A DNA stretch of 58,070 nucleotides from a virus (Duplodnaviria > Caudoviricetes), in IMG/VR virus record IMGVR_UViG_3300048583_000114, positions 1-58,070 of that record. One strand, given 5' to 3'. The notes beneath the pieces are model-generated. The model ran no database searches. It had not been told where the DNA came from and was given only the letters and a program-made list of their open reading frames with translations. Shown piece after piece: positions 56,705 through 58,070 of the stretch. The translations under genes and the position numbers were made by a program. Numbering within the stretch: position 1 is the first letter of the stretch; the number at the start of each line of letters is the position of its first letter.

Positions 56705-56739
56705 GGTTACTCTGTCAGTAGTGAGCGCTCACCCGTGAG

Positions 56740-56768
56740 ATGCTGCTCTACCCACGTGTACTTGTCAA
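56740..56768 (-). promoter_or_regulatory. Possible late promoter for the head operon
   Basis: Minus strand TTGACA-17 nt-CAGCAT (weak -10), followed by the palindrome GTGAGCGCTCAC at 56721-56732. Confidence 0.35.
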
Positions 56769-56773
56769 CAAAA

Positions 56774-57067
56774 TCAGAACGGCAGAGAGTCGCTGTGTCG
56801 GCGGAACATAGACCGAGGGATGCCGCTTTTCCACCGCCGCATGTCAGTCAGTAAATACACCGCAACGACAGTCAGCCCCGCCGCATCTGTCAGTGTGTGC
56901 GTCCCGCCCGCCAGCGTCTCCAGTCCACGGGCTGCCGCCCAGCCAGCCATCCCGATGTAGCACAGGATCACCAGCGGGTTGTGGGCCTTGAACGACACGA
57001 GCGACAGCCGGCAGATCACGCACATGATCACCGCAGTGCCGCTAATCAGAATGATCAGCGCAAGCAT
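56774..57067 (-). CDS. Holin-like membrane protein
   Basis: 97 aa, three hydrophobic segments, basic C-terminus; ATG 57067 overlaps the upstream TAA. Confidence 0.6.
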   Translation of the reverse strand: MLALIILISGTAVIMCVICRLSLVSFKAHNPLVILCYIGMAGWAAARGLETLAGGTHTLTDAAGLTVVAVYLLTDMRRWKSGIPRSMFRRHSDSLPF

Positions 57068-57423
57068 TACCTGTCTCCGAATTTTTGCAGCCGCTTCGCG
57101 GCTGCTTCGACTGCGCTCTGCAGGAACAGCTGCGCGCCGAATCCAATGAAGAACGCGCTGGACACCAGCGCGCCTCGGCTTCCCGGGGTTGATGCCATCT
57201 CCGCCAGCCCGTGCGCCGTAGCGCTGGCTGCCACCGTCGATGCTGCCACGGCAATGGCAGACTTCACGGTGTTGGTCGGCTTGTCGTCGAAGGCCAGTCG
57301 CACCAGCGCTCCCAGCATCCCCCAGACGACGGCGTAGTAATCCACGCCGATCAGCGCGATCGAGATGGCGGAAAGAGAGGCGGCTATGGCCACCGCTCCG
57401 GTTGATGTTGCCGGGTCGCTCAC
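57067..57423 (-). CDS. Holin-like membrane protein
   Basis: 118 aa, 3-4 hydrophobic segments, AFFIGFGAQ, basic tail. Confidence 0.6.
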   Translation of the reverse strand: MSDPATSTGAVAIAASLSAISIALIGVDYYAVVWGMLGALVRLAFDDKPTNTVKSAIAVAASTVAASATAHGLAEMASTPGSRGALVSSAFFIGFGAQLFLQSAVEAAAKRLQKFGDR

Positions 57424-57770
57424 TCCGCGTCCTGCTCCGGCGCCAGATCACCCCGACGCACGCCACTCAGTTCATCGAGCCAGTACAGCAGCTCGTCATC
57501 GCTGCGCGTATCCGCCACGCCGTCGTCGATGATCGCCTTCAGCAGTTCGTAGGTACGCTGGATGGCGGTCCGCTCGGGGCCGGTCTCCGGCAGCGCAGCC
57601 AGCCGGGCGTCGATCAGCTCGTGGCACTTCGCATCGTCGTACCAGCCGTGACCGTCGTCGAGAAGTTGGTCGCCGAACCCCCTGAGTTCCGCGTTGATAG
57701 CGGCCCGCAGGACGGCTGAATCGCCGATGGCCGCGAGTTCATCCTTGGTGAGCGCGTGAATGCGAGCCAT
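57420..57770 (-). CDS. Hypothetical acidic protein (116 aa) between DUF1501 and the holin-like genes
   Basis: ATG 57770; two alleles in the window keep the frame open. Confidence 0.75.
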   Translation of the reverse strand: MARIHALTKDELAAIGDSAVLRAAINAELRGFGDQLLDDGHGWYDDAKCHELIDARLAALPETGPERTAIQRTYELLKAIIDDGVADTRSDDELLYWLDELSGVRRGDLAPEQDAE

Positions 57771-58070
57771 GTCAGATGTCCAGTACGTCGACGAAGTTGG
57801 AAAACCGAGTGCGGTTGACCATGATCGCATTGCGCTCGGCCACGGTCAGGCCAAACCAGCCGAGAATCTGGTCATACACTTCCTCAAGCGAGCGATACGG
57901 ATACATGATTCCGCCGAGGTTGATGTCGCGGGTTCCCGTACCGTTAACAGAGATCGCCGCCGGCCAAGGTCCGAGGATGCCGGTGCTGCCGTCAACGCCA
58001 GCGCCGCGCACCTTCCCGCCAGAAATGAACATGGCATAGGCCCATGCGTGATCCGTTCCAGCGCCGCCCT
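57468..58070. repeat. Terminal direct repeat, copy 2
   Basis: Ungapped match to 1-603. Confidence 0.95.
57772..58070 (-). CDS. DUF1501 protein C-terminus, second allele (partial)
   Basis: Near-identical translation to the C-terminus of 305-1777. Confidence 0.85.
   Translation of the reverse strand, partial: GGAGTDHAWAYAMFISGGKVRGAGVDGSTGILGPWPAAISVNGTGTRDINLGGIMYPYRSLEEVYDQILGWFGLTVAERNAIMVNRTRFSNFVDVLDI

Noticed and set aside
1-58070. tRNA genes, integrase/att sites, phage RNA polymerase
   Set aside because: No cloverleaf or T-loop signature and no recombinase or RNAP motifs were seen by eye; tRNAscan-SE and HMM searches are needed to exclude them formally.

Overview
The window looks like the complete (~57.5 kb, circularly permuted) genome of a GC-rich podovirus-like tailed phage. 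Positions 1-603 recur at 57468-58070 as a diverged allele, which closes the circle. The minus strand carries the late functions: small and large terminase, portal, a DUF1800-DUF1501 pair, two holin-like genes, scaffold, major capsid protein, adaptors, tail fibre, tail tube, ejection proteins including a 2482-aa SLT/HExxH protein, and an HNH nuclease. The plus strand carries the early and replication functions: an AAA-ATPase/VWA-metallopeptidase module, family A DNA polymerase, Cas4-like exonuclease, VRR-NUC, SNF2 helicase, a putative SSB and a primase-helicase. I recognised no integrase, repressor, tRNA, reverse transcriptase or canonical endolysin. Four things stand out. (1) A 5.3-kb early operon of 15 tandem, highly diverged short paralogs shares a protein-level motif R-x6-[M/L/S]-A-G and is bracketed by two near-identical sigma70 promoters; one member is frameshifted by an 11-bp triplication. 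(2) A 14-bp palindrome, TGGTTGCGCAACCA, is dispersed in about 14 perfect or near-perfect copies. (3) A bacterial DUF1800/DUF1501 pair sits directly upstream of the holin-like genes. (4) A largely non-coding control region at 9.3-11.6 kb holds iteron-like arrays and nested inverted repeats. All family assignments come from motif recognition by eye, not database searches.
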